64,000 bases of DNA from Pseudovirgaria hyperparasitica. Taxonomy: Eukaryota. Where the stretch lies: assembly GCA_010093815.1 (NCBI GenBank), contig ML996570.1; one strand, given 5' to 3'. Made by a program: the position numbers and the translations under genes. Positions 21,644 through 36,983 of this stretch are shown piece after piece (the first letter of the stretch is position 1; each line of letters begins with the position of its first letter). The notes beneath the pieces are model-generated. The model did not search any database and was not told the DNA's origin. It worked only from the letters and a program-made list of their open reading frames with translations.

Positions 21644-22400
21644 ACTCCCCAGAAATCGATTGCAGGAATGCGAAATAAGTCTTTACAGCTTTGGGACTGT
21701 AGAATCCGTTGAAGCTACCTCGTACGTAAGGCGAAACTGCGCTAACGACAAAACCTCTCTAATATAATCATACAGGTAATTTAGTGGGTGTGTAGATATT
21801 TTGACGCAATCGCAATATGCCCTCTTCATCATCTCTACCGTTCATGAGAGAACTAGTGTGTCGATAATTCATGGTCACTGTGAAACAATCGAGTTTTCTT
21901 CCATTATGAAACTAAGTCTTAGTGAACACTGCGATTACCCATGAGCTCAAGGTATTGAGGTTGGGATAGGGTATTTCCATCGTGGCAACACGATTCTATG
22001 TACCTGTATCAATTACCATATATTACATGTCAAGCAAGAGTGACCAGTTGCACACGGACAGCCTAATAATTCTGGAGGAGATCGCATCAAGCCTATCTCC
22101 GAACTAAACTCTTCATCAGATATCGTTCTTAGACGAGCTTGACCAGACTGTGATGAATGGCGGAGGATGCTTAATCATGTGGCATGTGAAGGCCTGAGTA
22201 GAATTAGAATAGATCTCATACAGCTATAGCGCTCGTGCAATACCTTTTGATAGCCTGTTGATTGACCCGAGCTTCGTACTGCTGTCGTGCCGCTTCATAT
22301 TGCTCCTGACTTGGCCTCAGAGAATCTGGTGGGCGATATGCGGCCTACTCCTTCCACATTTGAGTCTTTCGGAGCTTGATTTCGTTCCTCTCCAAATATC

Positions 22401-23089
22401 TCAATCATCATCGCTTTCCTCCATTGCACTCCCTTCGTCCTCGTCTTCGTCCATAGGGACGTCACTGTCTTCGTCATCCTCCTCCCGTGGCCGCTTCGTG
22501 CCCGCGACATCAGACGCCAACGGTTTTAGTTTCCCATCCGAGCTTGCTGCGCTCTTGGCAGCATCTGTGTTACTAGGTGGTGCATCGAAAACAGAGGCCT
22601 GCAGCGCAGTCATTCCACTGGCAGTGGCTGCGGACGGAGACTCGAGGCGGCTCTCAGGCACAGGCAATTTGTATGTTCCGTCCAGTTTGGCCAATGTATC
22701 TGATTTCGACTTTGCGTAGTAGATTTTCTATTATCAATGTCAGTTCTATCAGGTCTTGAGAAGACAGCACAGGTTCCTACCAATTCACTACCAAAAAATT
22801 CGAATCCCTGGAGTGCTCTCATAGCCTGGGTCGCAGACTCAATGCTCTTGAAGGTGACATGCGCCTGACCGCGCATTTTGTCCGATCTCAACGCCACGAT
22901 GTCCAAGACTGACCCATATGTCGAGAATATCATGTACAGCTCTCGCCGAAGATCGCGTTTGTTAATTTTGGGATTGAGTCGGTTGATATAAAGGCTAAGA
23001 AGGTCAGAAACGTACGCGTCATGGCATATGCGAACTTACGTTTGGTTTGGTGGCAGTGTCTTTAGCGGAGGTGCTTTGCTTGAAGCCAT
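22401..23089 (-). CDS. U1A/U2B''-family snRNP RRM protein (single RRM plus acidic tail; U2B''/Msl1-like); introns 22995-23039 and 22728-22780
   Basis: PPNQTLYINRLNPKINKRDLRRELYMIFSTYGSVLDIVALRSDKMRGQAHVTF…ALQGFEFFGSELKIYYAKSKSD. Confidence 0.88.
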
Positions 23090-23480
23090 GATGAGAGACT
23101 TAGGCGGAAAGGAATCCCAATCAGCGGGGAGCGATCGCGGAACGAGCGTTTCTGTCGCAGTGAGTTTGATCAAGTAGCAACTCTGACAAGCCGAGAGGTG
23201 GGCTATGTAGCATTAAGTATATATATGTATTGTTGGAGCGAGCTCGCGTACAAACGAGAAGAGTTAGGGACTAGGCTGGTATTGCTAGAAATACTTTACA
23301 GGTAGTTAGTGTACCCCACCATCACCTCACCACCCACTGACTAGATGATTCCCACCATCTTCCAATCCACTTGTCGCTCTCATCTCATCACCTCCAGGCG
23401 TCCCATGATCTGAGCGACTAAAGTCCAGCTATTGCAGTAGTAGAGAGCTCCTCCTCTGCGTAGCTGCTTGCTCCTACACT

Positions 23481-24619
23481 ATGGCTCCTGAAGTCCATCA
23501 TCTCTTCCACCATTCCATCGCAGATCACTCATTCACCCCAGACCGCAACACCGTTGCTGTCACCCGCGACAACAACGTAGAGCTTTACGTAAAATCCGGA
23601 AAGTCTTTCTCGCTCAAAGATGAGCTCAGGGGTCATGATAAGACTGTAACAGGTGTTGATATTGCCCCCAACAGTGGCAAGATCGTTACATGTGCTCAAG
23701 GTGAGCATCTTCCGCTATACTTGTATAAACAGCCTTCTGAGATCCGCTTTTAGATAGAAATGCCTACGTATGGGAGCCCTCATCCACTGGCTGGAAGCCC
23801 ACACTAGTTCTTCTACGTATTGATAGGGCTGCGACATGTGTGCGATGGTCGCCATCAGAGACAAAATTTGCTGTTGGCTCTGGTGCAAGGCTGATACCCA
23901 TCTGTTACTTCGAAGAAGAGAACAATTGGTGGGTCTCGAAACATATCAAGAAGCCGATTCGCAGTACCGTGACCTCGGTCGATTGGCACCCTAACTCAGT
24001 ACTTTTGGCAGCCGGCTCCACAGATGGACACGCCCGTGTTCTATCCACCTTTATCAAAGGTGTGGATGCGCGTCCCGAACCGAGTGCTTGGGGCGAACGA
24101 TTGCCATTCAATACAGTCTGTGGAGAGTTCTTAAACAGTACTGCAGGCTGGGTTCATGACGTTGCATTCTCGCCTAGTGGTAATGCCATGGCGTTCACAT
24201 CCCACGACAGCAGTGTCACCGTCGTCTATCCCAGCGCTCCTGATCAGCCCCCGAAAGCAGTGGTCAGTGTAGCTACCCAACTCTTACCTCTGACCACACT
24301 GTTATGGACTAGCGAAAGTGAGATCATTGCAGCTGGATACAATTGTGAAGCTTATCGCCTGTCCGGGAATGAGGGTGGTTGGCAACTGGCTGGTTCCCTG
24401 GAAGCAAAAGCTGGCCGCGCACAGGATGAACGGGAGGAGTCAGCTCTCAACATGTTTCGGCAAATGGATCTAAAGGGCAAAACCAAGAACGACACCGTTC
24501 TGAATACCACCCATCAGAATACAATCTCCACGATCCGAGTTCATGCTGGTAGCCCCGAATCTATCAGTGCAATCAGTTCTAGCGGCGTGGATGGGCGGTT
24601 GGTGGTGTGGAACTTGTGA
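23481..24619 (+). CDS. arc1: Arp2/3 complex WD40 subunit ARPC1 (Arc40/Sop2); intron 23701-23753
   Basis: [84 protein letters not shown]. Confidence 0.95.
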
Positions 24620-24742
24620 TATCGAGTCTTTTCACAGCCTAAGCAGATAGTTGCGCACAGTACTGTTGCATTGATCTTATCGAGGAGTATAGATGATGCA
24701 TACTAGAATTTTGCCCGTATTGAAGCCCCTGGATTCTTCATT

Positions 24743-25443
24743 CTCATGCTGTATTGCTCGCATTCAAGAGCTCAACGGGTATAGACAAACCCAAGGTGCT
24801 TCCGACGATTCCAAACCACAGCATTAAGTAATCTAGCGTTCTATACGGTCGATTACTGACAACGTTGCTTAAAGCTTCTGCCGTCCTGCAAGGATGAACA
24901 AAGAAAGTCGGTCGGTCGGTGATTGGATGACTCTATGTAATCGTGTCAGCTTTCCAACATAGAGACTCATGTCAGAGGAAGTACCGTCATGGATATGGCT
25001 CCGATCACACCTATGCTGTTGATTTGACACCTGTGAATCTCTGGCACCAGGATACGATAAACGTCGGCTATGTCCGTCACCGGTTTCGAATGCTGGTCTA
25101 ACAGATCAAAATACAGTACAGGGACTTGATACGTTGGCGACCGAATGATGGTAAATCGCGCCCGGACAGTTGGCCCATCGGTCTTGACTATCGAGTGATC
25201 ATCATGCTCGTGAAACTCATCGTCGACGAGCTCATCCGCATCTATCACATTCCGATCTACTTCAATATCACGCTGGATGGTCATGAAAGTGACAGAGTCG
25301 ACCTTGTCGAGTTGGACTTTCGTCCATGATGATTGAAATTCACCGTGTGACTGATATATACCAACCAGCTGCATACATGCCTCTACAAATCCTTGATCCG
25401 AAATGGAAGGGAATGATGGCAAACTGGATTCACTTGCTTTCAT
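24743..25443 (-). CDS. atg10: Autophagy E2-like conjugating enzyme Atg10; intron 24933-24984
   Basis: SPTYQVPVLYF, AISMTSHPITDRPTFFVHPCRTAEAL (catalytic HPC) and YLMLWFGIVG after splicing. Confidence 0.85.
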
Positions 25444-25939
25444 GGCGGCTCATGATTCGTATTTGCAGCTGGAGACCGGTCGAGAATGTTGAGTCGCAAA
25501 TCCAGCACTCGGTCAGCGATGGATACCAAAAGTGACCAAGAACAGTATCGCCGCCAGACTGTAGCAGAAGGGCACGTTGTAGAACCTATTGACCGGATGA
25601 AGTGACCTGGGCGCCGTTTTGGCTACCCGCAATTCTTCTTGCTCCACAGTCTTGTATAGATCGGGGTCGGAGCACGGACCAGTAAACGCGCCGTGACGGC
25701 TCCACTCCATCTCTGTTGCCTGAACTTTGGTGACCGCTCTGAAGGCTATTGGCGTCTGTCGATCAACTCCAACCCTCGTGAATTACCAATCCCCTTCCGA
25801 TTCCAGTAGATGAAGCGGCCTAATATTTTGTGTAAACCTCCAGTGTCGTTGTCTGTCTTTGTATCCTGACTGTGGGCCTTTGCACAGCCTGTCGCATCTC
25901 ATTTGACTGCCCAGGCCATTCGATTGTCGTGCAAGCGTA

Positions 25940-28193
<2,254 letters not shown>

Positions 28194-29075
28194 AGTAACA
28201 ATATTTCGTTTACTGTTCACTCTGCATTCAGGTACTGGCAAATTCAGGTGCGCATCGCTAGAGCAAGGGATTGGTTTTCTGACGTCATGGGCGCAGAACT
28301 ATGTATATGGCTTTTCACACAGGGACAGTGTGCCTATGCCGTGAAGTATCGGTCATGGGCCTAAGATAAGATATCATGAATGTATAATAAGGTAAGGACG
28401 ACGAGCAAATACGCTGTATGTACCTCCATGGCATGTAAGTATCAACTTCTCATCCAACTTGCGACCGTGGAATTCGATTTTGGCAATGCAAGACTATCCG
28501 TTCATCAGGTGACATTGGTGTGGGCAACAGCTATTCTTGGAAGTCAGGGTCTCGAAAGTGACCGTTGATCGCGGAGGATTTGCGTTGCCGCTTTCGGTAG
28601 TCCACGTGGAGTTGCAAGTGTCCACAGTAGTATCGAGACGAGTGCAAAGCCAGGATAACTCCGTCTGTTGTTGTGTTGTACCTTTTGATCCAGAATCGTA
28701 CGTCTCTTCGTAAAGTGGTGCCATATATACTTTCTTGGACACATTGTCCGAACGACTTGAATGTAAAGGCAAGATCAAGCCAATTACGATCAAATTATGC
28801 TTGATCGCATGGTATGTGGTTGACGATTCCACACGCCACCCCGGAACGTAAGGTCCCGTCGCTCACCGAAACTCACCGCCCGCGTGTCTATTGGCCTGTG
28901 CGCGGCAGTACTTTCTCTCAAGAAAACGCGACTCGCAGTCCCCTTTTCCAACGCTTGCCTCAATATCTGGCCGCGATACTGTTTATATTTTCCAGTCCCC
29001 CGCCAAAAACATTGTAAATTGCATGACACCTTTTCGTTATCTGGACCAAAACCGAGACGCGCGCATTTCCACACC

Positions 29076-30847
29076 ATGGGGCTTCTCTCCGCCATCGTCA
29101 ACCCCCTGGTTCATATATCTTCGGACATCTCAACACCAGCATTGATAGGAGCTAGCTTTGCAATCTTCCTCACCCTCTCGATAGTCCTGAATGTCCTCCG
29201 CCAACTCCTATTCAAGAACCCGAACGAGCCACCAGTCGTATTCCACTGGGTGCCATTCTTCGGAAGCACCATAGTTTACGGTATCGATCCCTACAAATTC
29301 TTTTTCAGCTGTCGCGAGAAGGTACGTAACAGACGCGCATCGCGTAACCCACCAACCCTTCTATTCACACCTAATCTGCATTCTCGGCCTTCGTTATGCG
29401 TCGTGCTAACATCTGTACAGTATGGCGATGTATTCACCTTTATACTCCTCGGCCGTAAGACCACTGTATGTCTCGGGACAACTGGCAACAATTTTATTTT
29501 GAATGGAAAGATCCAAAATCTCAACGCGGAGGAGATCTATAGCCCTCTTACTACACCCGTATTCGGCAGTGATGTTGTGTATGACTGCCCTAACTCAAAG
29601 TTGATGGAACAAAAGAAGGTCAGTCGAGGCTAATCTCGGTGGCAAGGACTGCAGGCTAAAGTTTACACCAGTTTGTGAAGTTTGGATTAACCTCAGACGC
29701 ACTCAAGTCGTACGTTCGCACCATCACAGATGAGACGAGGGATTTCATCAAGAAGAATGCCGCGTTCAAGGGCAAAAAGGGGACTGTTAACCTCTCATCT
29801 GCAATGGCTGAGCTCACCATATATACTGCCTCCGCATCTCTCCAGGGGAAGGAGGTTCGCGCTAAATTCGACTCCACATTCGCAGACCTTTACCACTATC
29901 TCGACATGGGTTTTAGCCCTATCAACTTTATGCTGCCTTGGTTTCCATTCCCTCACAATCGCAAGCGCGACTACGCCCAAAAGACCATGACCGATCTTTA
30001 CTGCGAAATCATTGAGCGACGTCGTGCTGCTGGAGGGAAGCGTGAGGGCGATGAGGATATGATATGGAACTTGATGAGCTGCCAATACAAAGAGGGCCGA
30101 GCACCTACCGACAAGGAAATCGCACATATGATGATTGCACTTCTCATGGCTGGACAGCACTCTTCTTCCTCGACGATTGCCTGGATCTTGTTGCGTCTGG
30201 CTTCTCAGCCTGAAATCATCGAAGAGTTGCTTCAGGAACAGAAGGACGTACTGGGAGCTGATCTACCAGACCTCACCTATGATGATTTAGCTCGACTATC
30301 ACTTCATTCCCAAGTCGTCAAAGAAACTTTGCGGATTCATACACCAATTCACTCAATCATGAGGAAAGTCAAGACACCAATGCCAGTGGATGGTACTAAG
30401 TACACCGTTCCCACCTCACACGTTCTCCTTGCCTCCCCTGGAGTTACTGCTCGGTCGGCAGAGAACTTCCCAAACCCACTTCACTGGGATCCTCACCGGT
30501 GGGATGCCCACAAAGAGGTTGAGGAAGACGATAGCGAGAAGATCGACTACGGGTGGGGTCTGGTCAGTAAGGGAACCGCGAGCCCGTATCTACCATTTGG
30601 CGCCGGAAGGCATCGATGCATTGGCGAACAGTTCGCATATGTGCAGTTGCAAACGATCCTGGTGGAATTTGTTCGGGCATTCAAGCTACGTAATCCTGAT
30701 GGGAGCCGCGAAGTGCTTGTGGAGACTGATTACTCTGTAAGTCTTTCGGGTATAATCATACTGAACGATGTCTAACATGTCCAACAGTCACTGTTCTCAC
30801 GCCCGCTGAATCCTGCCACCATTGAGTGGGTCCGGAGAGACGCGTAG
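29076..30847 (+). CDS. cyp51: Sterol 14-alpha-demethylase CYP51 (CYP51B-type); introns 29322-29420, 29619-29671, 30737-30787
   Basis: [58 protein letters not shown], and the heme motif [11 protein letters not shown]. Confidence 0.97.
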
Positions 30848-33800
30848 AAATTTTTAACCTTGTTGCATTGCGGTGTTTGAGCCGTTGGGATCCATACTGT
30901 ATACTTCCCAGTACATGATTTGAGTAATGCATCAGCAGTGGCGTAAGGTCTGTGATACCTTTTCACTCAGCCGGAAACTATGGCATGCATACACCAGATT
31001 AGACATGCCTAATGACGCCTCACTGTTATAGAGGCCTGCTGTACGTAGAATCGCTCTGATGACCTGGCATTGTCTAGAGTTCTTGACTTATCAATCCATA
31101 TAATATCGAATCACTATTTGGATCCTTGCCGTTCTCAGTTCACGTACCCATAATCCCAGCTGAACATTCATCCGCAATGGAAGCACAAACTGAACGATCA
31201 AGCCGTTCGGTTTTGTGTGTTGGGTAATGTCTTCCTCAGTTTCCAGCGTAACGCAACGTCAACAGGTCCAGAAACCTGCTCCCAATTTGACATTATCTTC
31301 GATGCCCAAGTGGGCAAAGTACGCTTAGAGCGAAAGAGGAAGCTGATGGTCGTCCTGGGTCTTGTCGTGTTATTTTATATCTATGGTATTGGTACTATGG
31401 TACCGAATCGTATCAAACCTTACTAAGGTGACCGAAAGCTTTCGATGTTACAACCTGTTCTAGTAGTTGCGCGCACTTTGGTTGCACACATTCATTGTAA
31501 TGTAGTAGCTGTCCGTAGCATGTGTCTGAGGCTGCACACATAACACGTTGCTGACTATACTGCCACACACTCGAGTCTGCTCCACGCCAGCGCTGTCAAG
31601 TTCGCCCAGGTGGAAATTTGCATAGAGAGCTTAACTTTTTGGTCTGCGTGCGCGTATTTGTGTCAGTGGATGGTGGGGATAGAGGCTGGATTGTATAGTG
31701 GATAAATATAACGCGCGTGAGGGAATGAAATTAGGTAAAGCAAGTGGTTGTTGAGTGTCGGATGCGTTGGGCGGCGGTGATGAGCGGTTTTGCGTGTTTG
31801 GATGATGGAATTGGAAAACGCAGTTAGGGATGTGAGGGTAGATGTTGTGCTCGTGCATGTATGTATGCGATATCGGCGGCCTCTGGCGCTGGCTTCCTCC
31901 GGCTTTATTGTGGATTGTTATGTGTCTTTGGGAATTTATAGTAGGTATTGTGATTGTGAGGTGTCCTCCGCACGCATCTACCTATCCGGATCGTGCAGCG
32001 AGTAGGTTTGCGGGGATTGTTAGTGAGATCCAGAAGGTGGACTGCTTGAGGACTGCCCGGTGCTTTGTTATGTTGATGGGTATCAATAAAAGAGCTGGAC
32101 TTATATTACTTATATATATAAGAGTACCTCCTCGTGGAAAGTGTTCGTCTATGATTACTTCCCACTACCTAGGTAGCCAAGCAAGGCAAGTATAGACGGC
32201 CACGCCACGCCTCATCAAGTCTAGCTTGTCCAGGTGGAGGCTAGGTACTCGGACTTACTTTGTACCTACCTCATAGTAGGGCTGCAGCAGAACCTCGTGA
32301 CGTAGCGAGCACTGCAAGCATTCACGAAGTCGCTTGCGGGAATAGGGAAACACATGTGGCGTGAGCACCCGGAAGAAGAATAATGGTTAACCGGATGCAG
32401 CAATTGTTGATGTGCATCCATCCGTATGTCTCCGAAGAGAAAAAAAAAGAGCAAGGGTCGCCACGCGCGCGGGGTCTCGACTGATCCACGAGGGACGAGG
32501 CACACGCTGGAGATGACAGATTGATGGATAACGGATTTCGAGGAGTTGAGGATGGGAGGCCGAAAGAAGAGCCGCATTATGGGGAGCTGCGCGGAAAGTG
32601 TGTGTGCACATCAGTCAGTTATTAGTGAGAGGCCGCATTGCACGGAAAGGTACCTGACGATCGTCTTTGTATTCAAAGTTCCCAGTTTGCTGCCGCTACA
32701 GTCGTGAGAAGCTTGAGGCTTGACACTGACGCTTGACCGACAGCTGCTGGCTCATTGAAATCATGCCTGACAATGTTGTTGCATCAACCCTGACCCCTAC
32801 AGTATTGTAATACCGTAATATTGGCTGCAGCATGCCCCATCTCCATTTGAAGCAGCAAGGATCGAAGCCGGATCAAACAAGCGAGTAAACGAGTGTCCTT
32901 ACATCACGCAGATTCTGGAGTCAAGATACCCCGCCTGTTGACCCACACCACAACTGCCAGGACTGAGCAAGACACAGATCTTGTAGATAGGCTATCAAAA
33001 TGTAGTAGAAGTGATTGATGAGATGGATTGGAGGAGCACAGTGTCAGCCACCTGCGACATGGATGATGCAGATCGTATATCCAGGCTTCCTTGCAGTCAC
33101 GCGGTTGGGAAAAGCTGGAGCTCCCCCTCCCAATGACGCAGCACAGACTCACCGACATGAGTTGAAAAGTACCGAGTCCTAGTAATGTATTATTCCAGGT
33201 TTACATATTGCTGTAGTTGACGATGCGTATTTGATACATGTCTGTTATTTTCAGTCAGCACTATCATGTATAGCCAGGGTGAAGCAGCAGTTGAGGCTGT
33301 GAAGGTTAACACCTCTCACCATTATGAGGATTTAAACAATCATCCGACCGATGAAGACTGCTGTATGTAGCAGCATGCTAGATAGCACACTTGAAACTTT
33401 CCTCGTGGATCGGATGAGGTCAGGCGGATGCCAGATGGGAACACGGTACAGGGCATGAGCGAAAGAGGTTTAGCGCGCGGCCGGAAAGGGAATAAAGGAG
33501 CAAAGCGGGCCAACAACACGCTGCTGTGGCGCTCACTGACCAACGCTCCACCAGCTTCAACACAAATCCACTCGCCCCATTCAGCACATGTGGCCAAGAT
33601 ATGAGCCTATCTCTCTATCCCCGGCCAGAATGCAGCGACCCGGTTGGTTGCAGGTAAGAACACCACACTGCTTGCTGGTGCCAGGTGCAGGTTTGCAAAA
33701 GCCAGTCGGCTGCCGTGTGTCCCATAAATCAACCTGATTAGCTGTGAATATAGTCAATCTTGAGATAGGTAAACGGAGGCAGCGAGTAGGTAGTAGCTGG

Positions 33801-35072
33801 GTAGGAAAGTAGGTAGGCTAAGCTGGGTGTTATATCATATTAGTACCTCAGTATCCATAGATGGATGAGTAATAAAGTAGACCCAGTCGCAACCTCGTCG
33901 TAGTCATCATAGGTCAGCTCTCTGCTATTAATTACTACTACATACTTCACTGACCAGCACAGCCTCCTCCCGCCCGCCTCCACCAGCATCGGCCATCGCT
34001 ATCAGGCACCACAACAGGCACAGGCACAGACAGGCACACTCACTTCCACTCCTCCTCATATCCATCTCTTCGCACTGACAGGCTTGTCGCTCCCTCCTCT
34101 GTGTCTACCTCCTCTTGTCATCAGCTGGCCGCCAATTGTGTTTGTTTGACTTCGGATGCTTGTTGGCTTGTCAATTGCAAACAAGCGTATTACTGCTCAT
34201 TCTCGTTGCTCGCCTACTACCGACCGTAGCGTGTTGATATTTCCCCGCTATACACACCCTCCACCACCAAAGGCCGCACCAGCGCGAGCCGCCTTTCCAG
34301 CCACATCACTATTTGCTTTCGCTGCTCTGCCACCACTGCCCATCACTTTATCCTCTTCAGCTACTTCGCCTTGCGCCTCAGCCTTCAAGACGACGAAGCG
34401 ACTTTTCCTCTTTCTCTCTCTCTCTCACTCTCTCTCTCCCCCCAGAGCCTTTCTTTCTCTCTCTTCCATTCCTCCAGTCACATCCCAACCTCTTCTGTCG
34501 TCTCGTCAATTTGTGCTGCAGAACAGACCCGCTTCGCGACACTTGCGCCGCCTAATTCAAAGCTGCCGACTCGAGATTTGCATTCGCCACACCTTCTGGC
34601 CCGACTTTTCTTTTCCCGTCGCAGCTGCAGCTTCATGCGACTCGATACCGGAGTCGCTACGAGGCTCTGAAGGGAGAACTGCGACCGTCGCATACTAGTC
34701 TCACTGCTGGCCGCCGTCCTCCACACTGGCCTTGCGTATTTTTTTAGAGCTATTCCGGCTTGCTAGCGAATGCTGCGATCCGGACATCTTATCCGTAGCA
34801 ACCATCCATTGAAGACGAGAAACCTTCCTTCTCTCCTCGACGAATTATTACGAGGTGTGTTTTGCGGTGTATGAAAGCGTGCCAGAAATCCTGCTTTCGC
34901 CCAGGTGCGTCATTCCACACGCGCGTCGCGGTCTCCTGCAAATGCAAACCCTGGACCAAGCTTCTTGCCTCAGCCACATGTTGACTTTCGTGCTGTGCTG
35001 ACTTTGCATTATGAACAGAATCGAATCGTCCGGCTGTACCTCAATCAGACTCGCGAACGCAGCTGCAGTCTC

Positions 35073-36983
35073 ATGGCCGCATCAACCCGGGCCATCACTC
35101 CCAGCCAAACCGGACCATTCACGGCATCGGGTGTAGCTCCTGCGACCCCGAACGCCTCCTCTCTCCAACCCGACGCAAATTCAACCATCGCAGCTCTGCG
35201 CGCGTCGTCCAAGTCGCCCAGCGCCATCTCTCCTCGCTCATCTCCGCAGCCCCTCACCGGAACTGCTGCCTTAGCCGAGCAGCGCGCCGAGAAGGAACGA
35301 AAGGCTCGCGAAGAAGCACGTAACATATCACACAACCCCGCCACGACAGCGCTGAATGCGCTTTTGAAGTCTGAATCAATGAGTCGACCGACAGATGGCC
35401 CAGTTGCTCCCGCAGCTCAAATGAGCAAACCTTTACAGCAGGTGGCGAAAAGTATTGTGATACCCGAAAACGTTACCTCAGACACGATGCAGACAAGCCC
35501 AGTGAGTCTGTCCAGCTTCGGTTCAAGCGAGAGTACTACTGCTCCAACCGCGACCGCGAACGATACCACGACGGCTCCCTTTCCCCTTCTAGATCCCGCA
35601 GTAGCTGGTCAAGAACGCCCGCAAGAAAACAATCACGCCCCATCGCAGGCGGGCCTTGCTCCACCACCACAAGAGAATGCCTCAAATAGATCAATGACTT
35701 TCCCTGGGCCGCTACCACTCGATGGAGATCCGCGCGCTCCACAGCGGGGCATGAGTCTTCCAATGTCGGGCTTCCAGAACAATCCCAAGTCACCTTCGAC
35801 AAAACGCCACAAATGTCCATACTGTGCAACGGATTTCACGCGCCACCATAACCTGAAGAGCCACTTGCTTACACACAGTCAAGAGAAGCCATACGAATGT
35901 CCAGACTGCCACGCAAGGTTCAGACGTTTGCACGACCTGAAACGTCACACGAAGCTTCACACCGGTGAACGCCCACATATATGTCCAAAGTGTGGCAGAA
36001 GATTTGCAAGAGGCGATGCACTAGCTCGTCACAATAAAGGCCAAGGCGGGTGCGCGGGAAGGCGATCAAGCCTTGGTATGGATGATGAAATGGGTGACGG
36101 TCGTGGTGAAGAAATGGATGGTGTTGAATACCAGCATGGCGATCGAGAAAACGAAGACGGTCAAGACGCTACCGATCGCCGGATCAGTGAACCCACCCGA
36201 CGTGGAAGCGCCCGTCAAGATTCCATGGCGGGATTCCAGCCACATGGAAGCACTTACCCACCTGTCATGGCTGTAAACAGAAATCCAGGGAACAGTGTTC
36301 GACCCATATACCCACCGACCACTGCAGGAACACGTGATCAGTCGATGAACCTCAGTCCAAAGCCTAACAGTCTCTCCACGGCGCATTTTGCGTCTGCCCA
36401 GCCTTCAGGTGTCTATTCTCACACTGGAATGACAGAAAGTCCCAAGCCAATCTCGCCCGGTCAGACTGACCACAAGAGGCTTGGCTCGACAGGAGGACCT
36501 TCGGTTCCTGGGGGAAGATCACCAAACATGTCACAACACATGAATCCTCATTCGTTCGCCCAAGGAGCCGGCCGTGGTGCTTCTCTTCCTCCGCCTCATG
36601 GGCTGGCAAATGCGCCGCAGTTACCACAATTACCTGGTCTTGCCCCAAGTACTGGCACTACAGACCCGCGGCTCGCGGTCATGCAACCAAATGCTTCAAA
36701 CCCAGGTAGTACCTCAAGTCATGGCGCGAGCAGTGGCGGTAGTATGCGTGAGATCATGGGAGGCTCGCGCGACAATGACATGTGGATTGCTCTTCGGGAC
36801 ATGGAACGGGCAAATTCACAGCGCCAAGCTGAATACGAAGCTCGCATTGCTCAGCTTGAGCGTGAACTTGCAACCGTGCGGGCACAGCTACCGGCAAATC
36901 AAATACAGCAACTACAGCAACAGTCACAGCCACCACCGCAGCCACAGCTGGCGTCATCTTCGCAAACAGGCTCCGCAACTTGA
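35073..36983 (+). CDS. C2H2 zinc-finger transcription factor (3 fingers) with a long upstream region and a probable 5'-leader intron 34905-35018
   Basis: HKCPYCATDFTRHHNLKSHLLTH-SQEKPYECPDCHARFRRLHDLKRHTKLH-TGERPHICPKCGRRFARGDALARH, plus a C-terminal coiled coil and Q-rich tail. Confidence 0.9.
   Translation: MAASTRAITPSQTGPFTASGVAPATPNASSLQPDANSTIAALRASSKSPSAISPRSSPQPLTGTAALAEQRAEKERKAREEARNISHNPATTALNALLKSESMSRPTDGPVAPAAQMSKPLQQVAKSIVIPENVTSDTMQTSPVSLSSFGSSESTTAPTATANDTTTAPFPLLDPAVAGQERPQENNHAPSQAGLAPPPQENASNRSMTFPGPLPLDGDPRAPQRGMSLPMSGFQNNPKSPSTKRHKCPYCATDFTRHHNLKSHLLTHSQEKPYECPDCHARFRRLHDLKRHTKLHTGERPHICPKCGRRFARGDALARHNKGQGGCAGRRSSLGMDDEMGDGRGEEMDGVEYQHGDRENEDGQDATDRRISEPTRRGSARQDSMAGFQPHGSTYPPVMAVNRNPGNSVRPIYPPTTAGTRDQSMNLSPKPNSLSTAHFASAQPSGVYSHTGMTESPKPISPGQTDHKRLGSTGGPSVPGGRSPNMSQHMNPHSFAQGAGRGASLPPPHGLANAPQLPQLPGLAPSTGTTDPRLAVMQPNASNPGSTSSHGASSGGSMREIMGGSRDNDMWIALRDMERANSQRQAEYEARIAQLERELATVRAQLPANQIQQLQQQSQPPPQPQLASSSQTGSAT

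Noticed and set aside
22150..22197. GTGATGA…CTGA box C/D snoRNA-like pair
   Set aside because: Only ~48 nt, negligible terminal stem, no recognisable C'/D' boxes or rRNA guide.
28572..28858. CGG…CCG pairs in the cyp51 promoter as AtrR-type CGG-N12-CCG sites, or a resistance-type promoter insertion
   Set aside because: Spacers are 13 and 11 nt rather than 12, and no tandem duplication or insertion is visible.
34156..34698. 180-aa ORF upstream of the C2H2 gene
   Set aside because: CT-rich leader-type sequence with no domain; more likely promoter or 5'UTR.
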